Below are positions 19,514 through 28,664 of a stretch of 52,291 nt of DNA, piece after piece. Source of the stretch: an uncultured virus (IMG/VR IMGVR_UViG_2061766007_002057) (Duplodnaviria > Heunggongvirae > Uroviricota > Caudoviricetes); IMG/VR virus record IMGVR_UViG_2061766007_002057, one strand, 5' to 3'. Both the position numbers and the translations under genes were made by a program. Each line of letters begins with the position of its first letter. The first letter of the stretch is position 1. The notes beneath the pieces are model-generated. The model had not been told where the DNA came from and searched no databases. It worked only from the letters and a program-made list of their open reading frames with translations.

Positions 19514-21019
19514 ATGGAACAAGATATTAAAGAGCTTGCCAAACAAGCAGACAGTAGACTTAACAAGATTATCCTTGGCTTCTATGCGAAGCAAGAGTTC
19601 TGGACAATCCTTGCCAGTCAGTTCAAACGTGTTCCAGTTCGTGGTAAAGAGATACCGAAAGTGTTCACGCATATCACTGAGAAAGGCATTGAGTTGTTAT
19701 ACAATGTTGACTTCGTTCTGAAAGCAACGGATGCACAGTTAAGATACCATGTCCTACATGAGTGTCTGCACTTGATTTATAGACACGCATATAGGTTTGC
19801 GGTAAGCATGAATGTAGTAGATGTAGCAACTACAAAGAAAAAGGTTCCGACTACTGACCAGCCGGTTATGCCTTGTAAGTCATCTGATCTTGCTGCTGAC
19901 TTGATTGTTAACAGAGACTTATGCGAAATCTTGTCTCAGCATTCAGTAGACGAAGCAAAAGGTTTGCTGTGCAAGGACCTTAAGGCTCTTGGATATGAGG
20001 ATTATGATGGTGGTTATTATTACGGAGACCATAAATGCTTGCGTGATAAAGATTCAGAATCCTTAGAGCAAGAAATAATTGACTGCTATACAGAAGTGAT
20101 ACAGCCAAAAGGTGGTGGCATGTCAATGGCTTCCCAAGGTGGTGGCGGTCAAGGTGAAGGCGAAGGCGAAGGTCAAGGTGGTGGTGGCGACCAAGGCGAC
20201 CAAGACAACCAGAACGGCGGCGGTGAAGGTAAAGGTGATGGCGACGGCAATGGAAATGGCGGAGGCAGTCAGTCCAAAGTCAAAGGTAAAGAAGTTCACA
20301 GTCACCAAGCAGTAGATGTAAAGAATCCTTTACAGAAGCAATTAGGGCAGCACTTTGTAGAGGAAATGATTAAGAACGCAGTCAAGCAATCCGGCGGCAC
20401 TGGTCAAGGTAACATGCCGGCTGGTTTGAAAGATGAGCTTGAAGCGCTATGTAATCCACCTAAGAAAGACTGGCGTGCCTTGCTAGCAAATTATGTTAAT
20501 GCTAGTATTCCTGCTCAGTCAACAAAGACTTGGGCTAACTTGAACAGACGCTTTCCTTATCTGCTCAAAGGTAAAAAGAAACGCCGTGTACCTTTAATCG
20601 GATTGGTACAAGATACTTCCGGTTCAGTAAGTGATGCAGCAATAAGAGCCTTCTATCGTGAGATAGATAGTATCCGTAAGATTACAAAGACGGATATTGA
20701 ATTGGTACAGTGTGACGCAGATATTAGTGACACGCGTATCATCTCTTATAAAGAGAGACTTACTTGGGATGTCAATGGTCGGGGTGGTACAGAGTTCTTA
20801 CCGGCGTTGAAGTACTTTGACAAAGCAAAGAGACGGCCGGACGTGGTCGTGTTCTTTACAGACTTGGAAGTATGCGATAGCGATGTTCCCGATGAGCCTA
20901 GAGCGTACAATATTATCTGGGTGTCTGTAAACGAAAGACAAGCAGACCACTTCCGTGAGCTCGGTAAGTACGGAACATTTATCTACTTGGAAGTAGATGA
21001 CGCAGACGAAGGAGTGTGA
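19514..21019 (+). CDS. HExxH metallopeptidase-like plus VWA-domain protein (DUF2201-type MoxR partner)
   Basis: HECLH, Gly-rich linker, DTSGS MIDAS motif, GRGGTEF, FFTD. Confidence 0.88.
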   Translation: MEQDIKELAKQADSRLNKIILGFYAKQEFWTILASQFKRVPVRGKEIPKVFTHITEKGIELLYNVDFVLKATDAQLRYHVLHECLHLIYRHAYRFAVSMNVVDVATTKKKVPTTDQPVMPCKSSDLAADLIVNRDLCEILSQHSVDEAKGLLCKDLKALGYEDYDGGYYYGDHKCLRDKDSESLEQEIIDCYTEVIQPKGGGMSMASQGGGGQGEGEGEGQGGGGDQGDQDNQNGGGEGKGDGDGNGNGGGSQSKVKGKEVHSHQAVDVKNPLQKQLGQHFVEEMIKNAVKQSGGTGQGNMPAGLKDELEALCNPPKKDWRALLANYVNASIPAQSTKTWANLNRRFPYLLKGKKKRRVPLIGLVQDTSGSVSDAAIRAFYREIDSIRKITKTDIELVQCDADISDTRIISYKERLTWDVNGRGGTEFLPALKYFDKAKRRPDVVVFFTDLEVCDSDVPDEPRAYNIIWVSVNERQADHFRELGKYGTFIYLEVDDADEGV

Positions 21020-21020
21020 T

Positions 21021-21359
21021 ATGGAACGACCAGAATGGGACGGGCGAGAGGAAACGAAGTGGCATACACTTCTCGCCTGCCTCGTCTGGATATTCAATGT
21101 AAGGGTTGCATATGCCAGACGAGTATATGTAGAGATTGTACAGTTGTTATACTGTTCGCGGATAGTACATGTCGGTATTGAGAACGGACATGTATGTATT
21201 GTAGTGACTGACTTACTCACTATGATGTCCGCCTGTATCACTATCTATTGCACGGGTAAGATTCATATACCTTACTCGTATGCAGAACCTAGGGGTATTA
21301 AACAATGGAGGTTTGAGAATGAACTTCAAAGAATTAAAAGAGCGTATGAAAATATGTAA
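21021..21359 (+). CDS. hypothetical protein
   Basis: AAGGAG RBS. Confidence 0.55.
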   Translation: MERPEWDGREETKWHTLLACLVWIFNVRVAYARRVYVEIVQLLYCSRIVHVGIENGHVCIVVTDLLTMMSACITIYCTGKIHIPYSYAEPRGIKQWRFENELQRIKRAYENM

Positions 21360-21729
21360 AGCTTTCGCGGCTGCAAGTATCCGCCGCTGGTTCGCACCGC
21401 GTACTTATGTACTTGCTTACTCGTATAGAGATAATAGTAAAGAATTACATGTGGACGCGAAGTTGGTTCGTGCGGTTGTACCTAGCGCCAGAGATTGTAT
21501 TGCATTTTTACAACGCGACTTGGGTGGTGAGTGTACAGACCTAAGGGTACTCAGTTTTACGGAAGCACCTGCTTGTTTGTTTAATGGTTTATGCATTGAT
21601 GCAGCCGAGAAGTTGGTAGATAAGGCTGACGATATAGCAAACACTATTAAAGAGCAGCATGACACAAAGGTCGTTTCCGAACCCGTTGAGGCTGAGGATG
21701 ACGACGATGTGTCCGATATGTTTAGATAG
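21319..21729 (+). CDS. hypothetical protein
   Basis: GGAGG RBS; acidic tail. Confidence 0.7.
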   Translation: MNFKELKERMKICKAFAAASIRRWFAPRTYVLAYSYRDNSKELHVDAKLVRAVVPSARDCIAFLQRDLGGECTDLRVLSFTEAPACLFNGLCIDAAEKLVDKADDIANTIKEQHDTKVVSEPVEAEDDDDVSDMFR

Positions 21730-21738
21730 GAGGTGATT

Positions 21739-22170
21739 ATGTGGGACAAATACAGAGCGTGTAAGAACCTCGGTATTCCTTATCGTATCATTGACATGGA
21801 CGATAATGTAGGCGGTTACTCACAATTGAAAGACCGCTTCATACATATCAATAAGTCATGGGCAGATAAGGACAGAGTGTGGATACACGAGATAGCCCAC
21901 ACGCTGTTGCACTTCCAAAAATTTGAGTCTGCCGCTGGTGGTAACTCAGAGAAAAATGCAATGGCAGAGTTGGAGGCTGACACAGTCGCTTACATTACAG
22001 CGAAGGTGTTAGGTAAAGAGGATAGACAGGACTACCTCAAGTATGTTAAAATGTTCATGAGCAGACTTCCTGTTTATGAGCAGTCTGGCAGCGTCCTTGA
22101 TAATCGTATGCCGGAATTATTAAAACTTGTAAAAATTATATTAAATGCCGGAGGGTATATATATGGCTAA
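21739..22170 (+). CDS. ImmA/IrrE- or ArdC-like zinc metallopeptidase domain protein
   Basis: HEIAHTLLH...ELEADTVA...Y. Confidence 0.75.
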   Translation: MWDKYRACKNLGIPYRIIDMDDNVGGYSQLKDRFIHINKSWADKDRVWIHEIAHTLLHFQKFESAAGGNSEKNAMAELEADTVAYITAKVLGKEDRQDYLKYVKMFMSRLPVYEQSGSVLDNRMPELLKLVKIILNAGGYIYG

Positions 22171-22975
22171 TGTTGATACTAAAAATTGCAGTGAATCTAT
22201 GTTGAACGGGATGAGCAACTTCATCACGACGGAGCAATGGCGTTCCTTAATCAATGACCGCATTGACTATACACCGAATGCGACCAACGACAAGTTGTTA
22301 TCTAAGGACTTCATAATCAAGCATAAGAACTTCTTAATGTTGTCCTCGCTTCCGTTGTACTGTCTCATTGCGTGGGACAAGTGCAACCTTGATGTAGACT
22401 TCTTGAAACGGTTCCTTCATTACATTGACTTCTCTGAAGGAAATGATATCTTGTTGGACTTCAAGGAGTTCACGGGTAACTCGTCCGGATTCTATGATAC
22501 ATACAAAGGGTTGTGTGATATGACCGACACTGCCCTTATCCATGCAGGTGAAGTTAAGCCGTTCAGTATGGAGGAATTGGATAAGCGTCCGCTCCATTAC
22601 AACGGACAGCACTGGATTGCTTCCTTGAATAAGATGGACAAGGTTGACATCAAGTTCTTAGAGAAGTATATACACATGGTCAACTTCATGGCCGTGTTAA
22701 ATAACCCTCACTTGACCGAAGCGAAACGCAAAGATATTCGTGACTACTTCGGTGTGAAGGTTAAAGACCGCAACACTTGGATACTTCCCTGTGGTGCTTC
22801 CGTCACTGACACAAGTTGGAGAGAGATGACGGGCGGTCTCCCGTACTTAAAGAATAAGAACCGCTTCGCATACAGAGATGATGAGGAAGCAATCAAGACG
22901 ATTGTAGCGAAGTTCCCTCGTGCCTTTGAGGATTGTTTATCCGGCGGCAACGAGTTGGTAATGGTTGATAAATAA
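22163..22975 (+). CDS. hypothetical protein
   Basis: GGAGG RBS; 270 aa. Confidence 0.75.
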   Translation: MANVDTKNCSESMLNGMSNFITTEQWRSLINDRIDYTPNATNDKLLSKDFIIKHKNFLMLSSLPLYCLIAWDKCNLDVDFLKRFLHYIDFSEGNDILLDFKEFTGNSSGFYDTYKGLCDMTDTALIHAGEVKPFSMEELDKRPLHYNGQHWIASLNKMDKVDIKFLEKYIHMVNFMAVLNNPHLTEAKRKDIRDYFGVKVKDRNTWILPCGASVTDTSWREMTGGLPYLKNKNRFAYRDDEEAIKTIVAKFPRAFEDCLSGGNELVMVDK

Positions 22976-23049
22976 ACCATCTACCACATAGGCATACTAA
23001 AATCCCCTGCGTCCTGGCGGCGCGGGGGATTTACTTATGGAGGGTAAAT

Positions 23050-23703
23050 ATGAAAAAGCAGATTATCAAGAAAGAACCAACGATAGTAAATATATTGCGT
23101 GAGGCTGCCAAGTATGTTAGTGGGCTTCAAAAGTACGAACTGCTTCGTCTAGCCGAGATTGAAAGTATTATCCCGGCAAAGCGTATGGAACCGCATATTG
23201 GGTGCGAGGATAATGCACAAGACCACGCAATATTGGTGAAACGATATAGAGAAATAGGTGATTTACGCTTAAAAGGTTTTTACGAGTTGTTATCTTGGGG
23301 ATACAGTGCCGGCGGTGATGGACTTAACCAAGCTTGTTTTTCTGGTGCATATGTAATTGAAACCCAGAAAAGTTATATATATGTAACTGACCCAGATACA
23401 AAAAACACGCGGTATATAACAGCATATAAACCGCGTATTATGTACTATCGTCGTAGTTACTTAAATACGAACTTTAAGAGCGGTACGCTTGTGTCGTATA
23501 CCAAACTCAAAAAGGGATTAAAGACTTTAGTTACTGGCTCTGTTAACTGCAGTTCATTAAACTTGGAGCCGTTGAGTTGGGTTAAAAAGTATTACACAAG
23601 CACAAAGACGGTAGACTCTTATACGGGTGCCAGACTTGTGGATGATGTGAAAGATGTTACATTACTGACACTCAAAGACAAAGCAATTATCTTTCATTAC
23701 TAA
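23050..23703 (+). CDS. hypothetical protein (paralog of 23714..24295)
   Basis: Shared PTxxNILR, YxLxRxAE, KPRI, VSYxxLKK. Confidence 0.75.
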   Translation: MKKQIIKKEPTIVNILREAAKYVSGLQKYELLRLAEIESIIPAKRMEPHIGCEDNAQDHAILVKRYREIGDLRLKGFYELLSWGYSAGGDGLNQACFSGAYVIETQKSYIYVTDPDTKNTRYITAYKPRIMYYRRSYLNTNFKSGTLVSYTKLKKGLKTLVTGSVNCSSLNLEPLSWVKKYYTSTKTVDSYTGARLVDDVKDVTLLTLKDKAIIFHY

Positions 23704-23713
23704 GGAGGTAGTT

Positions 23714-24295
23714 ATGAGAAATAAAATAGAGAAAGTAAAACCTACGATGGAAAATATACTTCGTATTGGTGCCAGGATTACGAAGGACCCGCTTATAAAA
23801 TATGCGTTATATCGGGCTGCTGAACAGGCTGCAGTGCTTGGTATTGACCCTAACCCTTGGGGATACCGTAATAAAAATATGAAAGGTGCTGGGGACCCTG
23901 AGGCTTACCAATGTGCTCATATTGAGAACAGACGTATAAAGATGCCGGAAATAGGTAAGGATATTATGATTGTCTGTAATACGCAGTACCCAGAGAAAAC
24001 TCAATGGGGGTATAGGTCGTATAGATTCCGTATCATTAAGCCGCGTATTATATTAATTCCGCATGGTGGATGGCATCGTGGCGGAGAGAGTGTTGTATCT
24101 TACCCGCAATTAAAGAAGTATATCCTGACCACTTGCGTCAAACAGGTTGATGTCAAAGAAAAGAAATATAAGTATAATGACTACTACGGTCATCCGTGTA
24201 CGGCTTCTCAATATAACGTCGTAAGATATATTAACGACGCAAGTAGTATTCCGGAAAATATGAGTGAGGACGATATAATTATAGACATGTGGTAA
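23714..24295 (+). CDS. hypothetical protein
   Basis: AAGGAGG RBS; paralogous to the upstream gene. Confidence 0.75.
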   Translation: MRNKIEKVKPTMENILRIGARITKDPLIKYALYRAAEQAAVLGIDPNPWGYRNKNMKGAGDPEAYQCAHIENRRIKMPEIGKDIMIVCNTQYPEKTQWGYRSYRFRIIKPRIILIPHGGWHRGGESVVSYPQLKKYILTTCVKQVDVKEKKYKYNDYYGHPCTASQYNVVRYINDASSIPENMSEDDIIIDMW

Positions 24296-24305
24296 GGAGG
24301 TACAT

Positions 24306-24608
24306 ATGTATTACACTTCACAACTTATGTATTGGCTTCGGGCAATTAAGGCTGTGTTTCCAGATACATATAAAACAATTCCCGTGGAAGCACGTGTATT
24401 GTTTAGTCAAACCGATATGGCTTGTGGCTCAGTAGAAATAGGGGAAAATACCGGATATGAATTTCTACCTGGACATGACTACTTAGTGCTAAAGTTTGTC
24501 GCGGTGAATGAAATCGGTAATCCAGTTTCAGCTTACCCAAAGCATAAAGGTTTTGACCTAAGCGTGTTGCAAAAATGTTTTGTAGCTAAAATTAAGTGTC
24601 GTCGTTAG
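24306..24608 (+). CDS. hypothetical protein
   Basis: AAGGAGG RBS. Confidence 0.7.
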   Translation: MYYTSQLMYWLRAIKAVFPDTYKTIPVEARVLFSQTDMACGSVEIGENTGYEFLPGHDYLVLKFVAVNEIGNPVSAYPKHKGFDLSVLQKCFVAKIKCRR

Positions 24609-24617
24609 ACGGTGACT

Positions 24618-24646
24618 TGACAACGGGCTCCAAAATATGTACCCTA
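24618..24646 (+). promoter_or_regulatory. sigma70-like promoter preceding the structured non-coding locus
   Basis: TTGACA-17 bp-TACCCT. Confidence 0.5.
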
Positions 24647-24650
24647 AACG

Positions 24651-24909
24651 TAGTGAAGGGTTGAGGGTAACCGAAACCTGAGCGAGGCTTCAGGGTGCCA
24701 GGGCACAGCCCGTTGGCCCGGCCGGGTCCGGCCAAGCCTAGGTCTGTCCGAACTTAAATTATATAAAATAATAATATTAAGTTCTAGGCTATAGGTAAGC
24801 CCGCAGCGTCCCGAAGGGCTTTAGAGCGAGGACTTACCTCAAGGGAATCCCGACGGTCGTAAGCGATAGCGTGTCGGGTTCCCTTCACTAACGACCGTTT
24901 CGTTTTTTT
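24651..24909 (+). ncRNA. candidate ~255-nt structured RNA or ssDNA element
   Basis: Closing stem TAGTGAAGGG/CCCTTCACTA, several internal stems, and a weak hairpin plus T-run at the 3' end; no family recognised. Confidence 0.45.
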
Positions 24910-25004
24910 GGGGGAATTATGTCCAAATTTTGGACCACTCCAAACTGGCCCGGTCTGAACCCGCTGTTGTGTATACGCTATCGCTTACTACCATACACAA
25001 CAGC
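24841..25004. other. pair of oppositely oriented hairpins with a shared 18-nt loop GGT(C/A)GTAAGCGATAGCGT
   Basis: Loop 24855-24872 (+) and loop 24975-24992 (-) are 17/18 identical, on unrelated 12-13 bp stems. Confidence 0.85.
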
Positions 25005-25170
25005 ATAGAAGCATTAAACGTACAAAACAGCCGTAGTTTAATGCTTTTAGATACTCTACATATTTACGTTTCACTTAAACAACTTAACAACAACGACAAC
25101 GACTTACCATAGGCTATGGTAAGGCAGGAAATACACACCATTTCGCGGCCGCCCGCCGCGCGGAGGTACT

Positions 25171-25794
25171 ATGCGACATAAAATAAAAGAAGTAGATGAT
25201 ACTCTTTGTATTCCTACGGCCAGCTTGTTAGAGTTCTATCATAACTATGCTACAAGTAAAAATCAAAGACAAATTCTTTTCTCGGTTATTCGTAAACTTA
25301 GAGAAGCCTGCCTTAAGGGCAGGGTTATGCGCTGGGATATGCAACTGCAGTTAATCAAACAGAAAGAAACACAAGTAATTAGAGTGTACAACATAGTCGA
25401 TGGTAAGGTAAGTATAAATATCTTTACCAATGAGCCTGGCAAGGGAAAACTTTCTTTCCAAGGTATAGAGTGGCTTGTCCCGTTTAATCCTATTGAGGAC
25501 AGAGTTGGTGCCGCTTTTATCTCATGTACAGGAAGTCTGGTAAAATCAAGAAGCCTTATGCGTCAATGGTTTACTCCGACATTTTCTTACACGCCTATAA
25601 CAATTTGTTCTCAAAAATACAGAGATGGGTTCTTTATTCTTAACACTTGTTTTTTACAGAAAATATCGGCACACCTACTTAGACACTATACTTACTTCGC
25701 CGGTATAAAGAAAATCAAACTAATTTCAAAAGGAGGGAAATATGTCAAAACTAAAGTCAAACATAAAAGTGGATTACAAAAGACGGACCGTTAA
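25171..25794 (+). CDS. hypothetical protein
   Basis: GGAGG RBS. Confidence 0.7.
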   Translation: MRHKIKEVDDTLCIPTASLLEFYHNYATSKNQRQILFSVIRKLREACLKGRVMRWDMQLQLIKQKETQVIRVYNIVDGKVSINIFTNEPGKGKLSFQGIEWLVPFNPIEDRVGAAFISCTGSLVKSRSLMRQWFTPTFSYTPITICSQKYRDGFFILNTCFLQKISAHLLRHYTYFAGIKKIKLISKGGKYVKTKVKHKSGLQKTDR

Positions 25795-26362
25795 GTTTCC
25801 ACCACTTGTATTAAGATATCTTACCGCATGGTCTCACGAGAGCGGTTACGATTACCAGTACGAATGGTCTGACTGGCGGTTTCTCTCTTATTGTACCAAA
25901 CAGTTAGAGCTAGCCCGTTATATGCTTAACCAAGCACTTGCTATTGGGGAGTGTCGTATGTATGAATACGTCTGCGGCAATAGGTATAACGTGTTTACAG
26001 AGCCTGACTTAAGTCATGAGAAAGCTCGTGTTTATGTACTGTATGAGATGCAACCATTTGCCTTACTGTTAGTTGTAGGTTGTGGGTCCCACTTCTTAGA
26101 AGTAGTAGAAAGTGACGGAAGGTACAGCAAGAGCCACACCTTTGGATATTACCGTCGTAGAAAAGGTAGACGTATTGACTCCTTTTCTGGTTGGTCAAGG
26201 CAGGTAAAACTTCCAAACGGTGTTGTGTCTGCCTTTCCAGATGCATTGGGTAAAAAGGAAGCCGCACCAATAGAATCAAACTGTTACACAATAGTAAAAA
26301 TAAGTAGTTATATACCAAAAGAAATGGAGGTAGTACAAAATGACAAAGAAAATATTCAGTAA
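25742..26362 (+). CDS. hypothetical protein
   Basis: AAGGAGG RBS. Confidence 0.7.
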   Translation: MSKLKSNIKVDYKRRTVKFPPLVLRYLTAWSHESGYDYQYEWSDWRFLSYCTKQLELARYMLNQALAIGECRMYEYVCGNRYNVFTEPDLSHEKARVYVLYEMQPFALLLVVGCGSHFLEVVESDGRYSKSHTFGYYRRRKGRRIDSFSGWSRQVKLPNGVVSAFPDALGKKEAAPIESNCYTIVKISSYIPKEMEVVQNDKENIQ

Positions 26363-26939
26363 AGGAAATCGTAAATTACCGGCAGATATTGCTATCTTTA
26401 ATCTGCCTCACATGGTTACCTGCCCGGGAGCGACAGCAGAGTGTAAGAAGTATTGCTACGCCAAAAAAGCTGAGGCACTATACAAGGACTCTCTGCCTTT
26501 CCGCTACCGTAACTGGGAACTGGCTAAGAGTGATAAGTTTGTAGATGAAGCCGTGGCTTCCCTTTCCCGTATGCGTAGATTAAGAGCTGTCAGGATCCAT
26601 GAGTCAGGTGACTTCTTTAACCAGAAGTATCTTGACAAGTGGGTAGAGATTGCAAAGAAGTTCCCAGATGTTATCTTTACAGCATACACTAAAAGTCTAC
26701 ATCTGGACTTCAAGAAAGCGAAGCGTCTTAAGAACTTCGTGATCTTTGCCAGTATGGACCCGACGACATCGGAGACCATGAAACGAGGTTGTAAAAAGAA
26801 CCGGCTTACAAGTAAAGCAATCGTCATTGATAAGAAAGCTCCGGCCCCAAAGAACTACTTTCTTTGCCCGGGATCTTGTAAGTCTTGCACACATTGCTAC
26901 ACGCCGAAAGCCGGAAGCGTAGCATTTCATAAACACTAA
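26340..26939 (+). CDS. GP88-family (radical-SAM-like, Cys-rich) phage protein
   Basis: FNLP..TCPGAT..CKKYCYA, RIHESGDF, YTK, C-terminal CPGSCKSCTHC. Confidence 0.8.
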   Translation: MTKKIFSKGNRKLPADIAIFNLPHMVTCPGATAECKKYCYAKKAEALYKDSLPFRYRNWELAKSDKFVDEAVASLSRMRRLRAVRIHESGDFFNQKYLDKWVEIAKKFPDVIFTAYTKSLHLDFKKAKRLKNFVIFASMDPTTSETMKRGCKKNRLTSKAIVIDKKAPAPKNYFLCPGSCKSCTHCYTPKAGSVAFHKH

Positions 26940-26949
26940 GGAGGGTAAA

Positions 26950-27141
26950 ATGTCTGAACTAATCGGTAAAAAAATTCGTATAATAAATATGGACGGTGAG
27001 CCGTCCTATTCAGGACGGACAGGCGTTGTGCAATACATTGACGACGCCGGACAATTACATGGGACATGGGGCGGCCTTGCGGTCGTCCCATCCGTGGATA
27101 CATTTGAGGTTGTAGAGGAGGTAAATTATGGCAAGGAATAA
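26950..27141 (+). CDS. DUF4314-like protein
   Basis: GVVQYIDDAGQLHGTWGGLAV..D.F. Confidence 0.75.
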   Translation: MSELIGKKIRIINMDGEPSYSGRTGVVQYIDDAGQLHGTWGGLAVVPSVDTFEVVEEVNYGKE

Positions 27142-27391
27142 AATATTTCAGTCGATAGACAAATGTAAAGACCGTGTTGGCACGGAAATACACGCAGGGG
27201 ATAAAGTTGTACATATCTATACCAGCAGATACGGAAGCCCTGACTTTGTTAAGGCAACCATATTAAAGATGGGTATATTTGTAGACCGGACGACGGGAGA
27301 GGCACTCTCTCCCGTGCGTCTATTTGTAGATAAGAAAGGCGGTGTACAATCTTATGTGTATGCCAACTCTGTAATAGCCATAAAACAATAA
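27128..27391 (+). CDS. hypothetical protein
   Basis: GGAGG RBS; DRVGTEIHAGDKV. Confidence 0.7.
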   Translation: MARNKIFQSIDKCKDRVGTEIHAGDKVVHIYTSRYGSPDFVKATILKMGIFVDRTTGEALSPVRLFVDKKGGVQSYVYANSVIAIKQ

Positions 27392-27402
27392 GGAGAATAA
27401 CT

Positions 27403-27976
27403 ATGAAATGGGATAGAACTTTAATCAAGGCTGGAACTTTTAAGGACAAAAGATATCTGACTTACTTTACAAAGGTGCTTAGTAAACTCAGACACTTGCA
27501 AGGCATAGACTCCTACGGGGTTAAATGTGGAGCAACGCTGTTTAATATATTTACAGAAGCCCTTATGAAAGATGCGGTCAAACTCAAACGCTGTCATTAT
27601 CGTACTCTGCCGGCACTTAAGGTATATGTCCATACGGTACCTCCTGGTACCGACTACTCTTATTGCCGGGACTATGAAATAGCCTATATAGTACCGAAGC
27701 ATGACCTGATTGTCATTGAGGACCTGTCATGCGGTATCCGTGGTTCATACTATAATGGTAAATGGCAGCCGTGTCTGGCAGCGGCGGTANNNNNNNNNNN
27801 NNNNNACTTCTAATGCGGAAATTGATACAATTTGTAGAGCTGCGGCAAATGCCGATGCTGGTCTCGGACGTATTACTCCCACGGATATTTTCAATATCTT
27901 AATGACAAAGGGAACGCACAGCACACTGGAGGATTTCCATGATACCGTTAATGAGAAGCAAAAGGTTGTATCCTAA
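27403..27976 (+). CDS. hypothetical protein (joined across a gap)
   Basis: AAGGAG RBS; frame switch at the 27790 gap. Confidence 0.6.
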
Positions 27977-28664
27977 TACACCGGCCTACACTATATTCCA
28001 AAGGAGTTTTAGTGAGGACTTTAGCGACCTAAGAGGTAACGGCGTCATGTACAAGGAAAGGGATGTTAGCAACTTGTGCCGCAATGACGCCACCACCTAC
28101 TGCGGGAAACTATGGCATGAACTATACAGAGCCTCAAAGTTTCTGCCTGCGCTACTAAGAATGGCTCTGCGTATGCACCTGGATGCAACGCCCGGCGTAG
28201 TATTTAATGCGTACTCCAATAACTGGAACGTTCTTACCCGCTGGGCGATTGTATATGTGCCAAATCATATACGAATGAACGGTACCCGTTTCCAGTTCTG
28301 CGACCCTCCACTAACAATCACCTATTACTACATGCCTAATGATGGGATGATTATCTTTATGTTTGTTTTCAAGAAAGACAGCTCAGGACAAGGGCCTTGT
28401 ATTGAGCAATACTATGCCTGGAACGGAAAACATATGCACAGGGTGAGTAACTACGGAATATACTACCTTCTGGAGGGGCTGCATACCCTTGGTGGAGATG
28501 AGGAACGCCAGGACAGATTCTTTTCCGCCTTCTGCAAATTGCATGAGAGCCAGCTAAATTCCCCTGCTTTACCTACAGATTTGGGAAATTTACCTCGTCT
28601 TGAAAAGGTGACTCCTGTCGCTGCGTATTTTGAGGAGTTTCCTAAAATTAGGAGGCTGCTATGA
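27951..28664 (+). CDS. hypothetical protein (possible paralog of 28661..29374)
   Basis: Shared ATT...LDAxxGVxF. Confidence 0.65.
   Translation: MRSKRLYPNTPAYTIFQRSFSEDFSDLRGNGVMYKERDVSNLCRNDATTYCGKLWHELYRASKFLPALLRMALRMHLDATPGVVFNAYSNNWNVLTRWAIVYVPNHIRMNGTRFQFCDPPLTITYYYMPNDGMIIFMFVFKKDSSGQGPCIEQYYAWNGKHMHRVSNYGIYYLLEGLHTLGGDEERQDRFFSAFCKLHESQLNSPALPTDLGNLPRLEKVTPVAAYFEEFPKIRRLL

Noticed and set aside
20130..20270. Low-complexity GGC/GGT repeat
   Set aside because: Encodes the Gly-rich linker typical of this VWA-peptidase family.
24651..24909. RNase P RNA (CAGGGTGCCAGG resembles part of it)
   Set aside because: Universal GAGGAAAGTCC and 3' P4 signatures are absent.
24930..25112. 60-aa ORF within the structured locus
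   Set aside because: TTG start, weak RBS context, and the sequence is better explained by hairpins.
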